Source: Octopus sinensis
Taxonomy: Eukaryota
NCBI RefSeq assembly: GCF_006345805.1
Contig: NW_021833016.1
Coordinates: 28,254-92,253, forward strand
Length of the DNA stretch: 64,000 bases
Reading direction: 5' to 3'
Shown here: piece by piece, positions 26,686-39,024 of the stretch
Layout: every line of letters begins with the position of its first letter
Position numbering within the stretch: position 1 is the stretch's first letter
Notes under the pieces: generated by a model
What the model saw: only the letters and a program-made list of their open reading frames with translations
Database searches by the model: none
Told to the model about the DNA's origin: nothing
Made by a program: the position numbers and the translations under genes

Positions 26686-26686
<1 letters not shown>
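25855..26686 (-). mobile_element. Non-autonomous Helitron
   Basis: Minus strand starts A|TCTTTATATATATAAAA at 26686 and ends CTAG|T at 25855 after a decayed hairpin like that at 22125; internal microsatellite. Confidence 0.65.
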
Positions 26687-26717
<31 letters not shown>

Positions 26718-26782
26718 GTGTGTATGTATGTATGTATGTATGTATGTATGTATGTATATATGTATATATATATATATATATG

Positions 26783-26835
<53 letters not shown>

Positions 26836-26852
26836 TATATATATACATATAT

Positions 26853-27679
26853 ATTTTTTAATGTCTTTACCCCCATACTTTCGTGAGTTGAGTTGAGCAA
26901 ACACTATATGAGAGAGATTTTCTTTAAGTATTAGAAATAGTTTTAAAAAAGTTTTTTAGCTACTATTTCTAATGAGTTCAGTATGTGGCAAAGTAATTTA
27001 TTTTACTAAGCCTTTTATATAATGTAATAATTTGAATTCGCCTTAAATGGTCCCTTTGCATACTGAACACTTGGTGAAATTGATTAATAATTAATTAATT
27101 TTACCCTCAATTGTTGAAATTATAATTCATCTCTCTCTATTTAATGCTTCGGATTTTACCGAAAAAGCATAGTGTTTACTGATTTTAGCCCACGCTGGTG
27201 GAAAGGGGAGAGCAGAAATTCTTCGCTTGCATATTTTGAGTTTGCTGGCACTGTTAGTTTCGAGCAGATCTTCAGAAGCGATAAGAAGCCGAAAGGGTAT
27301 GCTCCCACTTTCAGTGTTTTCAAATCCAAACCAAGGAGTTCTGAGCTGATGATAGAAATGTCGAGTTGACTAATCTAGAAACGTACGTTCTCAAATAACC
27401 TTTGCATTTGATTTTTTAATGTCTTTACCCCCATACTTTCGTGAGTTGAGTTGAGCAAACACTATATGAGAGAGATTTTCTTTAAGTATTAGAAATAGTT
27501 TTAAAAAAGTTTTTTAGCTACTATTTCTAATGAGTTCAGTATGTGGCAAAGTAATTTATTTTACTAAGCCCTTTTATATAATGTAATAATTTGAATTCGC
27601 CTTAAATGGTCCCTTTGCATACTGAACACTTGGTGAAATTGATTAATAATTAATTAATTTTACCCTCAATTGTTGAAAT
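26853..27679 (+). mobile_element. Retrozyme-like or pseudo-LTR unit: 1.48 copies of a 558-bp monomer containing a hammerhead ribozyme
   Basis: 26853-27120 and 27411-27679 differ by one C as read by eye; (TA)n on both flanks; no real ORF. Confidence 0.75.
27342..27393 (+). ncRNA. Type I minimal hammerhead ribozyme (GUU triplet)
   Basis: TGAG-CTGATGA-stem II (TAGA/TCTA + GTC/GAC)-GAAA-palindrome ACGTACGT-T-CTCA. Confidence 0.75.
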
Positions 27680-27719
27680 CATATATATATATATATATAT
27701 AATATATATATATATACCT

Positions 27720-28450
27720 TGGTCTCTTGTATGTAAGTATATATTTATCTAAATCTTGTACGAGTCTATTCTTTTATTCTTTTATTCTTTCTATCCGCAA
27801 TTTCACGCTTACTTCATTTAGTCCACTCTTCGTTCTTACGTTCCCTCCTCTCTCACATTTCATTGCCTTCTCTTCATGCTCACTTTCCCTCCTCTCTTCA
27901 CTTCACTGTCTCCCTGTCATTTTATCAACCCTCCTTATTTCTTCTGTCCCGCTGTCTCTACTTCTCTCTCTTCTCTCCCCGCGTGACCGGTGTTCGGCCA
28001 GGCCTGAATTTTCTTTCTTGGTTCGGCCGCTGCCCGTGTAATATCTTTATTCTTCCCTGTGCCTGTGAAATCTTGTATCCCTGCCGTAATGCTTTACTTC
28101 CACACACGCCAGGTTCATTTAGTCCGTCCTTAGTCGAAATACACCTGTTGTTATTTCCTGTTATTTGTATTTGTGTAACCTTCTCAGTTTTTTTCGTCCT
28201 TGTTTTCGCATACATTCGCTGTTTTCTTCCAAGGAATCTAATGTTCTTTGATTAGATTTTCCTTGGAGCTGGCCAGATCGGAGCAAACTCAGAGTATAAC
28301 CAGCCGAAATTGCAAAGATAATCTGGAACTCGACTGCGGAAAGAACACTCCGAATGATCCGTCCTTGTTTTCTTTGTATCGTCTATCTGGATGTTTTGTT
28401 GTCCATTTCTTGTATCACCTAACTTTCTGGATGTTTTGCGTTCTTGCCAC
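27720..28450. repeat. Unclassified interspersed repeat (other copies about 25600-25830, 41150-41350, 41390-42150)
   Basis: Shared GAAATTGCAAAGATAATCTGGAACTCGA block and flanks in four places, each next to (TA)n. Confidence 0.8.
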
Positions 28451-28466
28451 ATTTTGTTTATATATA

Positions 28467-28552
<86 letters not shown>

Positions 28553-28649
28553 TTTATGCATCTGTATATTTGTATATATATATATATAAGGCATATATCA
28601 GTGTTACAAATATTTTTGCAGCTCCATAGATCAGTATCCAATTCTGGTG

Positions 28650-30000
28650 AGCTTTTGCCAGAAAACAATGAAAGTCAATGTTGTTTTGTATTTGAACAAA
28701 AAGTTAACCCATGACTAACTTTGAAATTTTTATACTCGGCTGGTTAAACAATAAACAAAAAAAAGGATAAAGATCCAAAATCTTTCATCCATAACTGTTA
28801 AAAGAACTGTATTTTGCATTCTAGAGAAATCAAAAGAATATAAATCATATAAAGTCATATTAGTCAATAGTCAAGTCATGGAAAAAAATTTAAGAAAATA
28901 AAAGGCAATGGCAAGTTGGCTTTGTTCTTGCACGTGGCATGTAGTTCTTGCATGACCTTAATTGCTCGTTCACAAAATTGATTGCTTCTGCTGATGTTTA
29001 ATTTTTAAATGGCTCTTGTTTCCAGGTATTTATCATGCATTTCAAAGCAAGCAGTCTTGTAGGATAGCAAGGTTTGCGATAGTTCTGCATAATCTTCAGT
29101 TCTATACATTTGGTCACTGAACCAGTGGTCCACCCGGTTATATTAGATGAAGTGGCAGACCATCTGCAATCTTTCACTCACATGTGGCATGAGAAAAAAT
29201 TGCAAGAAGGGTTAATATTGCTAGCGAATTCCATCTGCCATTACTGATGTTCGAAATTTTTAAAATTGATGGCATGGGTTAAGTGGAACAGAAACTTCAT
29301 AATATCTCCCCAGCTACCTTGATCTTCAATAACATGAGTTCCATTCTGGAAGGAGCCTTGAGTTATTTGACAAAAAATATTAGATGCTGAGTGAATTGCT
29401 TGCGCCTGCTAGCTCCTCGTCCATAACAACGCGCTGAATTATGTCCAATACATGATGCTGGCAGCTCATGAATTGAGGCTTGTCATAGCCTTTGCTCAAG
29501 AACACTCACTGCAGTCTAGCCACTAGCCCCCTCTTTCGTCCTGTATTCACACTCACTGTATCAGCAATAATCATTCGGATTGCGCCCCATAAATGAAATT
29601 CGTCCAAGATGCTTTTCAGTCCTTCTGCAATGATCTCAGCCTTGCCATCACACAGCTTCAGAGCAGCCAGCTTGATTTCACTTGTTTCAGTCTTGATGAC
29701 AACTGCTTGATATTCACTTCCATCAATGTTCACCATCGAAATGCAGGCTCCATTTTACATTGCGTAGCGTATCGAACAAATGTATTTTACATTTCACCAG
29801 CTCTCTGCATTTTCGTCTGGAGAAAGCATCTGACATATATGTATAGTTTTTAAATCAGGACAAATATATAACAGCAACAGGTGAAACTCGTTCAGTAGGT
29901 GCTGATGTTTCAAAATCTGGATTTCTACTGGTTTTTTTTCAGCGCCATCAATGGCAAGTATCCACTGCCCGTACATGTTAAGAGAAAATTGGCCTTCTAG
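28650..30000 (-). mobile_element. Degenerate hAT-like transposase relic
   Basis: ORF 29506-29736 LKLCDGKAEIIAEGL...IIADTVSVNTGRKRGL resembles the first catalytic D region of hAT-type transposases. Boundaries uncertain. Confidence 0.55.
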
Positions 30001-30689
30001 CTGATAGTGTTATACAGTGGTTGTATATAAGAGATCAGCGACCGGAACATCCAGTATTAAACTGTATCAGCTCGCAGCCGATTTTTGGCTAGCATAAGCG
30101 GCCTCTTGCTACTTATGACATAGACTCCCCCCCACATTTTTAGTTACTGCTTCATTTTTCTTCTTTACCTACGTCAACCATTGCAACGTTCTTACCTTGT
30201 CCTTGGTTTAAATATACTTGATCATTTGTAGAGATTGCAGTACTTTGGTCATTTCCATTCCGGATAACAGGTGTTTAGTCTCTAGAATATTTTAGTATGT
30301 ACACCATTGTAAAAGCTCTACGGGTTTGCTTTTGGATAAATATTTATTTGCTCTGTTTACCATATCATAAGTACTATTTGTTTTCTAGACACATTGGCAA
30401 TTCCTGTTTTACTTTAGCACTAGTTTTATCCTACTACTATTTATACACTCTTCAACCCCTACATAAAGAGATAGCCCCAAAATTTTTCTCTAGCCCATTT
30501 GGCAGTTCCCTCATTTGCCTATCGACTTCAAATGGTATGAATTGAGCTTTCTGGCCTCATCTCGAGGCTCTGTTCTTTCCTCTTCCTTTCGTTTATTTTA
30601 TTTTATTTTATTATTTTTTATATTTGTATTCACTCTGATGAAGCTCCATGTGCTAGATCGAATGTGCTATACAGATGGCGAATATCATT

Positions 30690-31330
30690 TTCGGAATTTT
30701 CTTTGTAAACACCAGAGATAAGGAAACCATGATGGTCCACTGGTGGAGATTCGTCCTCAGCCGCCTGGATTACTGCTCACAGCTATGGTCACCCACCAGT
30801 GAGAAATTAACAGCGGACCTTGAAGCAATCCAGAGAAGATTCACAAAGAAGATCGTCTCTTTGTAACAGCTCGGCCACTGGGAAAGGTTGAAACAGCTAA
30901 GATTCTATTCCCAGGAAGTAATATATATCTAGAAGATCCTGGAAGGAATTGTGCCAAATGTTGACTTTGAAAGCTACACCAATGCCAGAACGGAACGACA
31001 CTGCATAGTGCCAAAGATCCCAGCAATGCCATCACACTTCAGGACCAGTTACTGCAACAGCCTTGGTTTCAAGGGCCCACAGCTTTTTAATATTCTCCCA
31101 AAAAGTTTAAGGAACTTGCACAAAGTAGATGTTGGGGCTTTTAAATCAAAGCTGGACCTCTTCCTGTCGAGAGTCCCAGATAAACCTACCTCACGGCAAG
31201 ATGTGCAAATGAGGGTAGCTATATCAAATTCCATCTTCACCAAGTGCCACATAGTACAGGAGGTTCTTAGTAATAATAGTGTAGCAAAACGGCGGTGCAT
31301 CAGCATGGCCGCAGATCTGAGCTAAAACTA
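30690..31330 (+). mobile_element. CR1/L2-like LINE 3' fragment
   Basis: VLSRLDYCSQLWSP...LEAIQRRFTK...FKGPQLFNILP; homologous to 35660-36350. Confidence 0.8.
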
Positions 31331-32683
31331 GAGAGAAAAAAGTGATAGTTTTGTTTTCCTTACCCCCTGTTCAATTTTTCCTTTTCTAACATATCGGAAA
31401 ATTCTAAACATTAAACTCCCCAAAACCTAACCTTATTGACTTATATTTGCTAATAGTATTTATTAAAAATATCTTTGACACAGGTTCTATATATGTAATT
31501 ATAACTATATAAATTGTGTTGATATATGCATGTGTTTATGTACGAATATATTTGTATACATTTCATCATATGTGTATGTATACATACACACACACTTATA
31601 TACATATATGTATGCATACATACACACACATATCTATGTTTGTAGGTACGTATGTTTTTGTGTGCCTGTGTTTTCCCCCTCCTACCACAACCACCACCAT
31701 TAATGAGATCGTTACTCATGTATAGCTTTCCTGAACTGTATCTATTACCAAACCAATAGAAATAATTTATTTTTATATACAACCGACAAATAATATTTTT
31801 TCATCTAACCTATCCTTCATTTCTTTTATAAGATAATTTGTTCCCTTGCATACTTAAGTATTATTACTTTTCTTTTTATTTAGATTTTATACTATATAAT
31901 AATTCTTCTTATTTAGATTTTATACTATATATATTTTTTCTTCGTATTTAATTTTTATACTAAATATATTATTTTTTACATTTTCTCCTATCTATATTTT
32001 CTTTTTATTTATATTTTACATATATTTTTTAAAAATTTCTATTTATCATTGATTTTATTTTTCTCATTCTTATCTTTCTTTACCCTTATAATTTTAGGTT
32101 ATTTTTATTTTTTGTTCTCTATTTTTATTTTTTATTTACATTAATTTGTACTAAATGGCATCTTCACTAATATCTAATACTCACCAACTAGATACACGTA
32201 GATTATATATAGGATCTAACTTCTTAAACTCATTAATATTCTCTATACATCCTTCAAAGAAAAATGTTAACCTTAATTCTTTAAGCTCATATGAACCCTG
32301 AAGAAATTCTATCAAATATAGTTAGATATGATACCTTTCTGAGCTTATAACCAAAATACTTATAATTGCATATCAACTAGAGGTTAAACTGAAACATATA
32401 TGTAGATTTTTCACACCTCTCATTTTCCTTCTGAGCTTTACAACTTATAATTTATTTGTATTGTTATGTTTTTAAAACTTTCAACATCTTTATATCATAT
32501 AACTAAATTATTCATTCCTCCATCTTTCTCCAGTTTCTTCTTTTTTTCAATGATAATGATAATTATTACTGCAAAAACCCCTATCATATGGAAGAGACTT
32601 TCTCCTTATATGATAGTGATTAACCAGTAGAATATTTTGGGTTATATAATGCTTAATGTGGATCTAACTTCCTCGAATTAACA

Positions 32684-32732
<49 letters not shown>

Positions 32733-32736
<4 letters not shown>

Positions 32737-34814
32737 CAACGAAAAATTATAAAAAAGTAAATGAAGGTAAATTTTAAAGAAAATGGGTGTATGGAAAATT
32801 AAAAAAATTTTTTTTTTAATATATATAAGGGAGCTCTGTGGTCCTTATGGACACGGAGTTTTATAAACACCTAGTGCTTTCCATGCTAAACAACAATACT
32901 TTCTATGAGGTTAGTAACAACTATAAATAACAAAAAATAATCAAAAACCTCACCACCCCCATACTCCAACACGGCCAAGGACTCACAGAAAAAGAAAGGG
33001 ATTATATCACCAATTTCAAATGCAAGCCTAGGCTTTTTTATGGCCTTCCTAAAGTCCATAAAAACAAATACCTCACCGAATCCTTCAAATTCTCCTCTGA
33101 CACCCACATCAACATCAAGGCACCGGAGGACCTAAAACTAAGGCCTATCGTGGCTGGCACCTCCTGTGAAACACACCGCTTGAGTAATTTCCTAGACATC
33201 CTTTTGAAACCTTTCCTTACTCACATCAAAAGTTTCATTAGGGATGATCTGAACATGCTCAAACACCTCCCGAAAACAGTTAGCGAGGAGGCGCTTCTGG
33301 TGTCCTTTGATGTCATCAACCTCTACACTAACATCCCACATGAATATGGTATTGAGGAAATTGATTTCTGGCTAGAAAAACACACAGAGGCATCCCCTGC
33401 CCGCATTCATATGACCTTCTTTACGGAATCACCCATGTTCATTCTGACAAACAATTATTTCCTCTTCGATAACACACACTACCGTCAAAAATGTGGTATT
33501 GCAAAAGGTATCAATGCTGCACCAGTCCTTGTGAACCTCATAATAAGCTTCTTCGAACTATCACTCTATGAGATATCACGCCAGAAATTTGGACACGTTT
33601 TCCACATCTACCTAATGAAAAACTGGAAAAGGTATTTGGATGATTGTTTCATCATATGGAAAGAATCTTATGAAAAGCTTCTGGAATTCAAAACCATACT
33701 GAACAACATACATCCCAACATCCAATTCAGTATGGAATTCAGCAAACAACATTTCCCTTTCCTTGATCTCCTAATTATAAAAACACCTAAGAACCAAATC
33801 ATAACAGACATCTACCACAAACCTACAGACTCACAACAATACCTCCTCTTTAGCTCATGCCAACCAAAACACACCAAGATAAATATCCTTTTCAACTTAG
33901 CTAAAATGGTATGCACCATTGTCTCGGATCCAAAAACTGGAGAAATACGCCTTCAAGACCTCAAAAATAAAACTATATTACAACGCCAATATCCCTCCAC
34001 CCTTATAGAGTATGGAATAAAACGTGCCAAAGAACTAGACAACTGAAAACCACCCAATCTAACAACACACACAACCTCAAAATACTTCCATACATTTCCA
34101 CCCACAACCCCAGAAATATCGAAGCTTAAACCATAATCATTCAAAACCTTACTCTACTGTCTACAGACCCAAAATTGAAAAACATTATAAATACACACAA
34201 AATCCTCAAATGTAAATGGCAACATAAATCTTTGAAAAAGCTCTTGACAAATGCCAAACTTCACACACCACATCCACCCCCATCAGTTAAAAAATGTGCA
34301 CGCCCAAACTGTGGCACCAGTCCCTTCCTACTTGAAGGCTCTGAATTTTTCTTCAAACAAGGAACAAAGTTTAAAATCAAGACCAACTTCTCCTGTTCCT
34401 CCGAGAACCTCATCTACGTTCTCACATGCGCCGGTTGCCAAAATAATTATGTTGGACAAACGAGCCTCCGTTTACGTAAAAGAGTAGCGGTCCATAAAAA
34501 CAAATATCTCTCCCAGAATACCATAAAATTCCACTAAGTAGCCACTTAGACTCGTGCGCTAAAGACAAAAATCCCAAATTTTACATATTACCCTTCTACC
34601 AATGTAAAGACGGAATCACTACACAAGAAAGAATTAACAAGGAGAATCTTTTTATTGATAAATTCAAAACGCATCTTAATATGCAAACTCCATGATAATC
34701 ATACTTCCTTTTTCTACCTCATTCTTCACGGATGGACTAATGGAAATATATAAGGATATCATGCAGTTATAACTTCAAGCTAAAACTTATATACTTTATT
34801 TATCATCATCATCA

Positions 34815-34876
<62 letters not shown>

Positions 34877-35600
34877 GTATATGACATAAGAATCTGAAAT
34901 GAAATTATAAATTAATTTATGTAAATTTATATAATTAGAAAACAATATAAATAAAGTGTTAAAATCTGAATGTTAAGTTAGCAAACAATTATATAAAAAA
35001 AGATAATTATATAAAGATTATTATATTTTATTATATTAAAGATAATTATATAAAAACAATTATATAAAAAATGATAATTTTATAATTTAAGGTCTTTTAA
35101 CATCCTATCTTATAAAAAATTGATAATCCCAATTGAAGAGCATAAAAATCTACAGAGTTGTCTCCCCTTACTCACAGGAACTGGATAACTCCTACCCCAT
35201 TTCCTGCTTTGACATGCATTTAAGAAACATCCTAAATTAAACACCACACGGATTTAATCATATGGATCTTAATCCTCCAAGGTAATTTTTCCAAGAACTA
35301 TCATTGAACTCCAGATACACAAAGACTACAATGTAACGGTGTACCTATTTTTTAATTTTTGTATATGTTTATTATTTTTTTGCAAAAAACAATGTAATTT
35401 TCTTTTTTCCCCCTCCTTAATTATAAGAAAAAAACTTCTTCACACCTTACAATTCTTGAAAAGTCGCATTGCGACGAAAACCGATTTGATTCAATATATA
35501 TTTAAAAATTTTTTTTTTCAAATTATCCATAAACCCATTTTCATTAAAATTTACATTCAATTTAGCATTCTGCTTTTTTATAATTTTTCGTTGCCTATCA
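32733..35600 (+). mobile_element. Penelope-like element with inverted terminal segment
   Basis: FYGLPKVHK near 33040, LRPIVAG, FDVINLYTNIPH, WKRYLDDCF (33150-34046). GIY-YIG LIYVLTCAGCQNNYVGQT (34175-34537). 32733-32827 is a diverged inverted copy of 35493-35600. Confidence 0.9.
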
Positions 35601-35659
35601 TTTCTCCACGTGCGGTCAACACAACCCCACCATTTAATTGATATATATATATATATATA

Positions 35660-36350
35660 CGGCTGGCTGGATGGATTCTTAGAACCTTTAGAACAAGAGA
35701 ACAAGAAACCATGATGGTCCTCTGGAAGACACTTGTCCTAAGCCACTTTGACTATTGCTCTCAGCTATGGTCACCATCCAGTGTCAAGTTGATCACAGAA
35801 CTTGAGGCGATCCAAAGAAGCTACACAAAGAAGATAGCCTCTGTGCAGCATACGAGCTACTGGGAGAGACTCAAGAGATTAAAGCTCTATTCCCTGGAGC
35901 GTAGGCGAGAAAGATATGCCATAATATATATCTGGAAGATCCTGGAAGGTCTTGTCCCAGACTTTGGCATCGAGAGTCACACAAACGCCAGAACCGGACG
36001 CCACTGCGTAGTACCAAGGACTCCAAATTTGCCATCAAGGTGTACGACAAGATATTGTGATAGCCTGGGCTTCAGAGGCCCACGGCTCTTCAATGTCCTC
36101 CCGAAGAACCTGAGGGACCTGCATGGTGTAGATGCGGATGTCTTTAAAGTAGGACTGGATCTCTTCCTGTCAGGTGTCCCGGATGAACCAACTTCACGGC
36201 AGGAGGTGCAGATGAGGGCAGCTGCATCGAGCTCTCTCATGCATCAGATGGCGTTTGCTAAAAAGCATCCGTGAGGTAAACCCGTGTAGCAAACCAAATG
36301 GCGGTGCCCCAGCATGGCCACAGCTCATTAGCTGAAACTGGAAAAATCAA
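35660..36350 (+). mobile_element. CR1/L2-like LINE 3' fragment
   Basis: ORF 35711-36274: LWKTLVLSHFDYCSQLWSP...YWERLKRLKLYSLERRRER. Confidence 0.85.
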
Positions 36351-36358
36351 AAATCAAA

Positions 36359-36389
<31 letters not shown>

Positions 36390-36392
<3 letters not shown>

Positions 36393-37110
36393 TAAAAGGA
36401 ATTCCAACCTTGAAATCGAGAGGAAAATCAGAGAAAAGAATTTTATTGATAAATTCGAACCCAAGTTAAATAAACAATAATAATAATAATACTTAGAGGT
36501 ACTACTTCTACTGCTACGACCATGACCACTAACAACAACAACAATACTAAAGGTGATCAAGATGAAGATAGCAGGAAAATTATCTTATTTAGGGTTAAAA
36601 GATCTATTGGTACCACCATCACCACTAGCAACAACAATTAAGGTACTGACAATTGAAATATAAAAATCCCTGATTAAAGCTATTTTCAAGATTTCTAAAG
36701 ATAGCCCAACAATTGCTGCCTCGGCCAGGGTTAAGATACAGGACTCTTGACATGTTCAACAAAGCGTGACGCATAAACCAATCAGCTTAAGTAATTGAGT
36801 GATGCTACACACTGATTGGTCAGAATACAGTTTGCAAAGCCTGGCAATCTGGAGCCTATACAGGTGTATTTAAGACACAGATTTAACCATCTGGCTACAG
36901 TCAAAAATTGTGAAGCATGACTGTCACCACTTCTACATGAACCTGAAGATTGCATAATTTAATGCATGAAAGTACTATTTCAATCAGAAAGAACATTTAA
37001 CATTCTATTAATTTATTTTATTTTATTATATTATATTATATTATATTATATCATTATAATATAAGATAAGATTGTAAATAAAAGGTGAAAATCAGACAAG
37101 GTTGGAATTC
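36390..37110 (+). mobile_element. Penelope-like 3' remnant (GIY-YIG tail + pseudo-LTR) with degenerate hammerhead at 36937-36982
   Basis: RKIREKNFIDKFEPKLN* matches the GIY-YIG C-terminus of the other PLEs here; CTGAAGA-TGCAT/ATGCA-GAAAGTACTA motif. Confidence 0.65.
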
Positions 37111-37167
37111 CTTTTATTAATATATTCTTCTATACACAATCACGCACACCCGTATATATATATATAT

Positions 37168-37247
<80 letters not shown>

Positions 37248-37250
37248 ATA

Positions 37251-37602
37251 TACTCTTACCCTTTTACTTATTTCAGTCATTTGACTGTGGCCATTCTAGA
37301 GCACCGCCTTTAGTCGAGCAAATCGACCCCAGGACTTATTCTTTGTAAGTTACGGGGACGTAAACACACCCTGATCGGTTGTCAAGCGATGTTGGGGTGG
37401 GGGTGGGGGGCAAACGCACCACCACCAAACATATACACATATATACATATATATATACACATATATACGACGGGCTTCTTTCAGATTTCGTCTACCAAAT
37501 TCACTCAGAAGTCTTTGGTCGCCAAGGTGCCACGCAGTGGGAATGAACCCGGAATCATATGGTTAGTAAGCAAGCTACTTACCACACAGCCATTCCTGCG
37601 CC
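37251..37602 (-). mobile_element. tRNA-derived SINE, full-span copy (short internal deletion)
   Basis: Minus head GGCGCAGGAATGGCTGTGTGG (box A) and GGTTCATTCCC (box B); internal TA/CA tract; same family as 4272-7360. Confidence 0.85.
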
Positions 37603-37876
37603 AGAATGGTTAATGAGATATATATATATATATATATAATTTAAGTGCATATAAATAAGTATGCTTTTATATGTTATTGTGTTTAAAGACCGAAAGATAT
37701 TCCATCTGTTGCAACCGCTCTATACAGCAGGTACAAACTTGTGGGTATGTATACACGCCTACGCAGGCATACAGACGTATGCACTCGTACATGAACGCAC
37801 ATACACACGGCCGCACACACATAGACACACACACACACACACTCTCTCCCTCTCTCACACACACACACATACACAA

Positions 37877-37930
<54 letters not shown>

Positions 37931-37936
<6 letters not shown>

Positions 37937-38167
37937 GAAAGAATGGAGTTGAACGACAAATTAACAAAATTCCTTTATTTTCGACATATGTTTCGACGGC
38001 TGCATATTCCTAATTTCGAAGGAATAAAGAGTGCATTATGTCGCCTTCTCATCAGGAAAAACAGGAACTTATGACAGCATCAAGATGCACAAAAACTTTT
38101 GGATGACTGCCCACACGGAGCCCATAGCTCCGTGTGGGCAGTCGTTCAACTCCATTCTTTCATTTAT
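37931..38167 (-). mobile_element. Mini element with 27-bp terminal inverted match, 17-bp perfect hairpin and hammerhead
   Basis: 37931-37957 is the reverse complement of 38141-38167; hairpin 38104-38142. Confidence 0.75.
37978..38060 (-). ncRNA. Type I hammerhead ribozyme (GUC triplet, long stem II)
   Basis: Minus: TTTTC-CTGATGA-GAAGGC...GCCGTC-GAAA-CATAT-GTC-GAAAA. All core nucleotides present, 5-bp stem I, palindromic stem III ACATATGT. Confidence 0.85.
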
Positions 38168-38346
38168 TTGTATTAAAGAAACACACAAATTTCCACACGA
38201 TAACACGTGATCTCCGCCCAAGGCATGTAGCTTCAACCGTGTTTTTCTGACGTGAATTTGCTACCCAGGTATCGATTAACCAAATTATCCATAATAAGAT
38301 AATTCATTCAACTACTCAATTAAAACTCGCCAAGAAAAATTTGAAA

Positions 38347-38409
38347 CCACCTGATGAATGACTGCGACTCAAAAATTTGATGACAGTAGCCAGGAAACGA
38401 TCGTAGTGG
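38347..38409 (+). ncRNA. Type I hammerhead ribozyme (GUA triplet), stem II partly decayed
   Basis: CCAC-CTGATGA-ATGACTGC...GTAGCCAG-GAAA-palindrome ACGATCGT-A-GTGG. Confidence 0.7.
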
Positions 38410-38811
38410 ATATTAATTATATTTTTTAATAATTGTTACATATTTAAATAATATAAATTAATTTATGTATTGGCTTAAGTCTTTCATTGTTTGATTTGCC
38501 TAATAGTGGTTTTGTCTCTAATTTAATATAATATATATATATACATATATTTATATATATATATATTTATATATATATATATATGTATTTTATATATATT
38601 GCAGAGCGTTTAGTAGTAGTTAATTAGAGTGTCACGCCATTTGATTTGTTTGTGGAAACATTTTCACTTCAATTATAAAAAATAAAAAGCGAGAAATACA
38701 AACGAGAAGATAATTCAATACGAAATAAAAGAGACAAGAAATCTATTTTGTGCGAGAAGTAATAATCATTCCCTTACTCGTAAACCGTGTGAAGTGCTAA
38801 TTACTTCACAG

Positions 38812-39024
38812 TGAGTCACGATATTCGAAGAGAAAATCTTCACGTAATTACATTCTCAGTGCTATTAGTATGCGTGGGCAGTAATGTAGCCTGCACAGAA
38901 TATTATGGAATTCATGTTCCACCACCTGTAACTGCCATTCCAGAAGCTGACAAGTTGATTAAGATGTCAAACATTCGATCACTAATTGAGTGCTTCTCTC
39001 TTTGTATGACATATTCCGAATGTG
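38812..39024 (+). CDS. Candidate host exon: signal peptide + N-terminal part of a PAN/apple-like domain
   Basis: CAG acceptor (AG 38810-38811) and G|GTAAGA donor (39025), both phase 1. Hydrophobic VITFSVLLVCVG segment; SLIECFSLCMTYSEC has PAN-like CxxxCxxxxxC spacing. Confidence 0.6.

Noticed and set aside
30630-30695. CTGATGA...GAAT motif after a possible GIY-YIG tail (similar case at 32298)
   Set aside because: The core is mutated and stems I and III cannot be formed; too degenerate to support.
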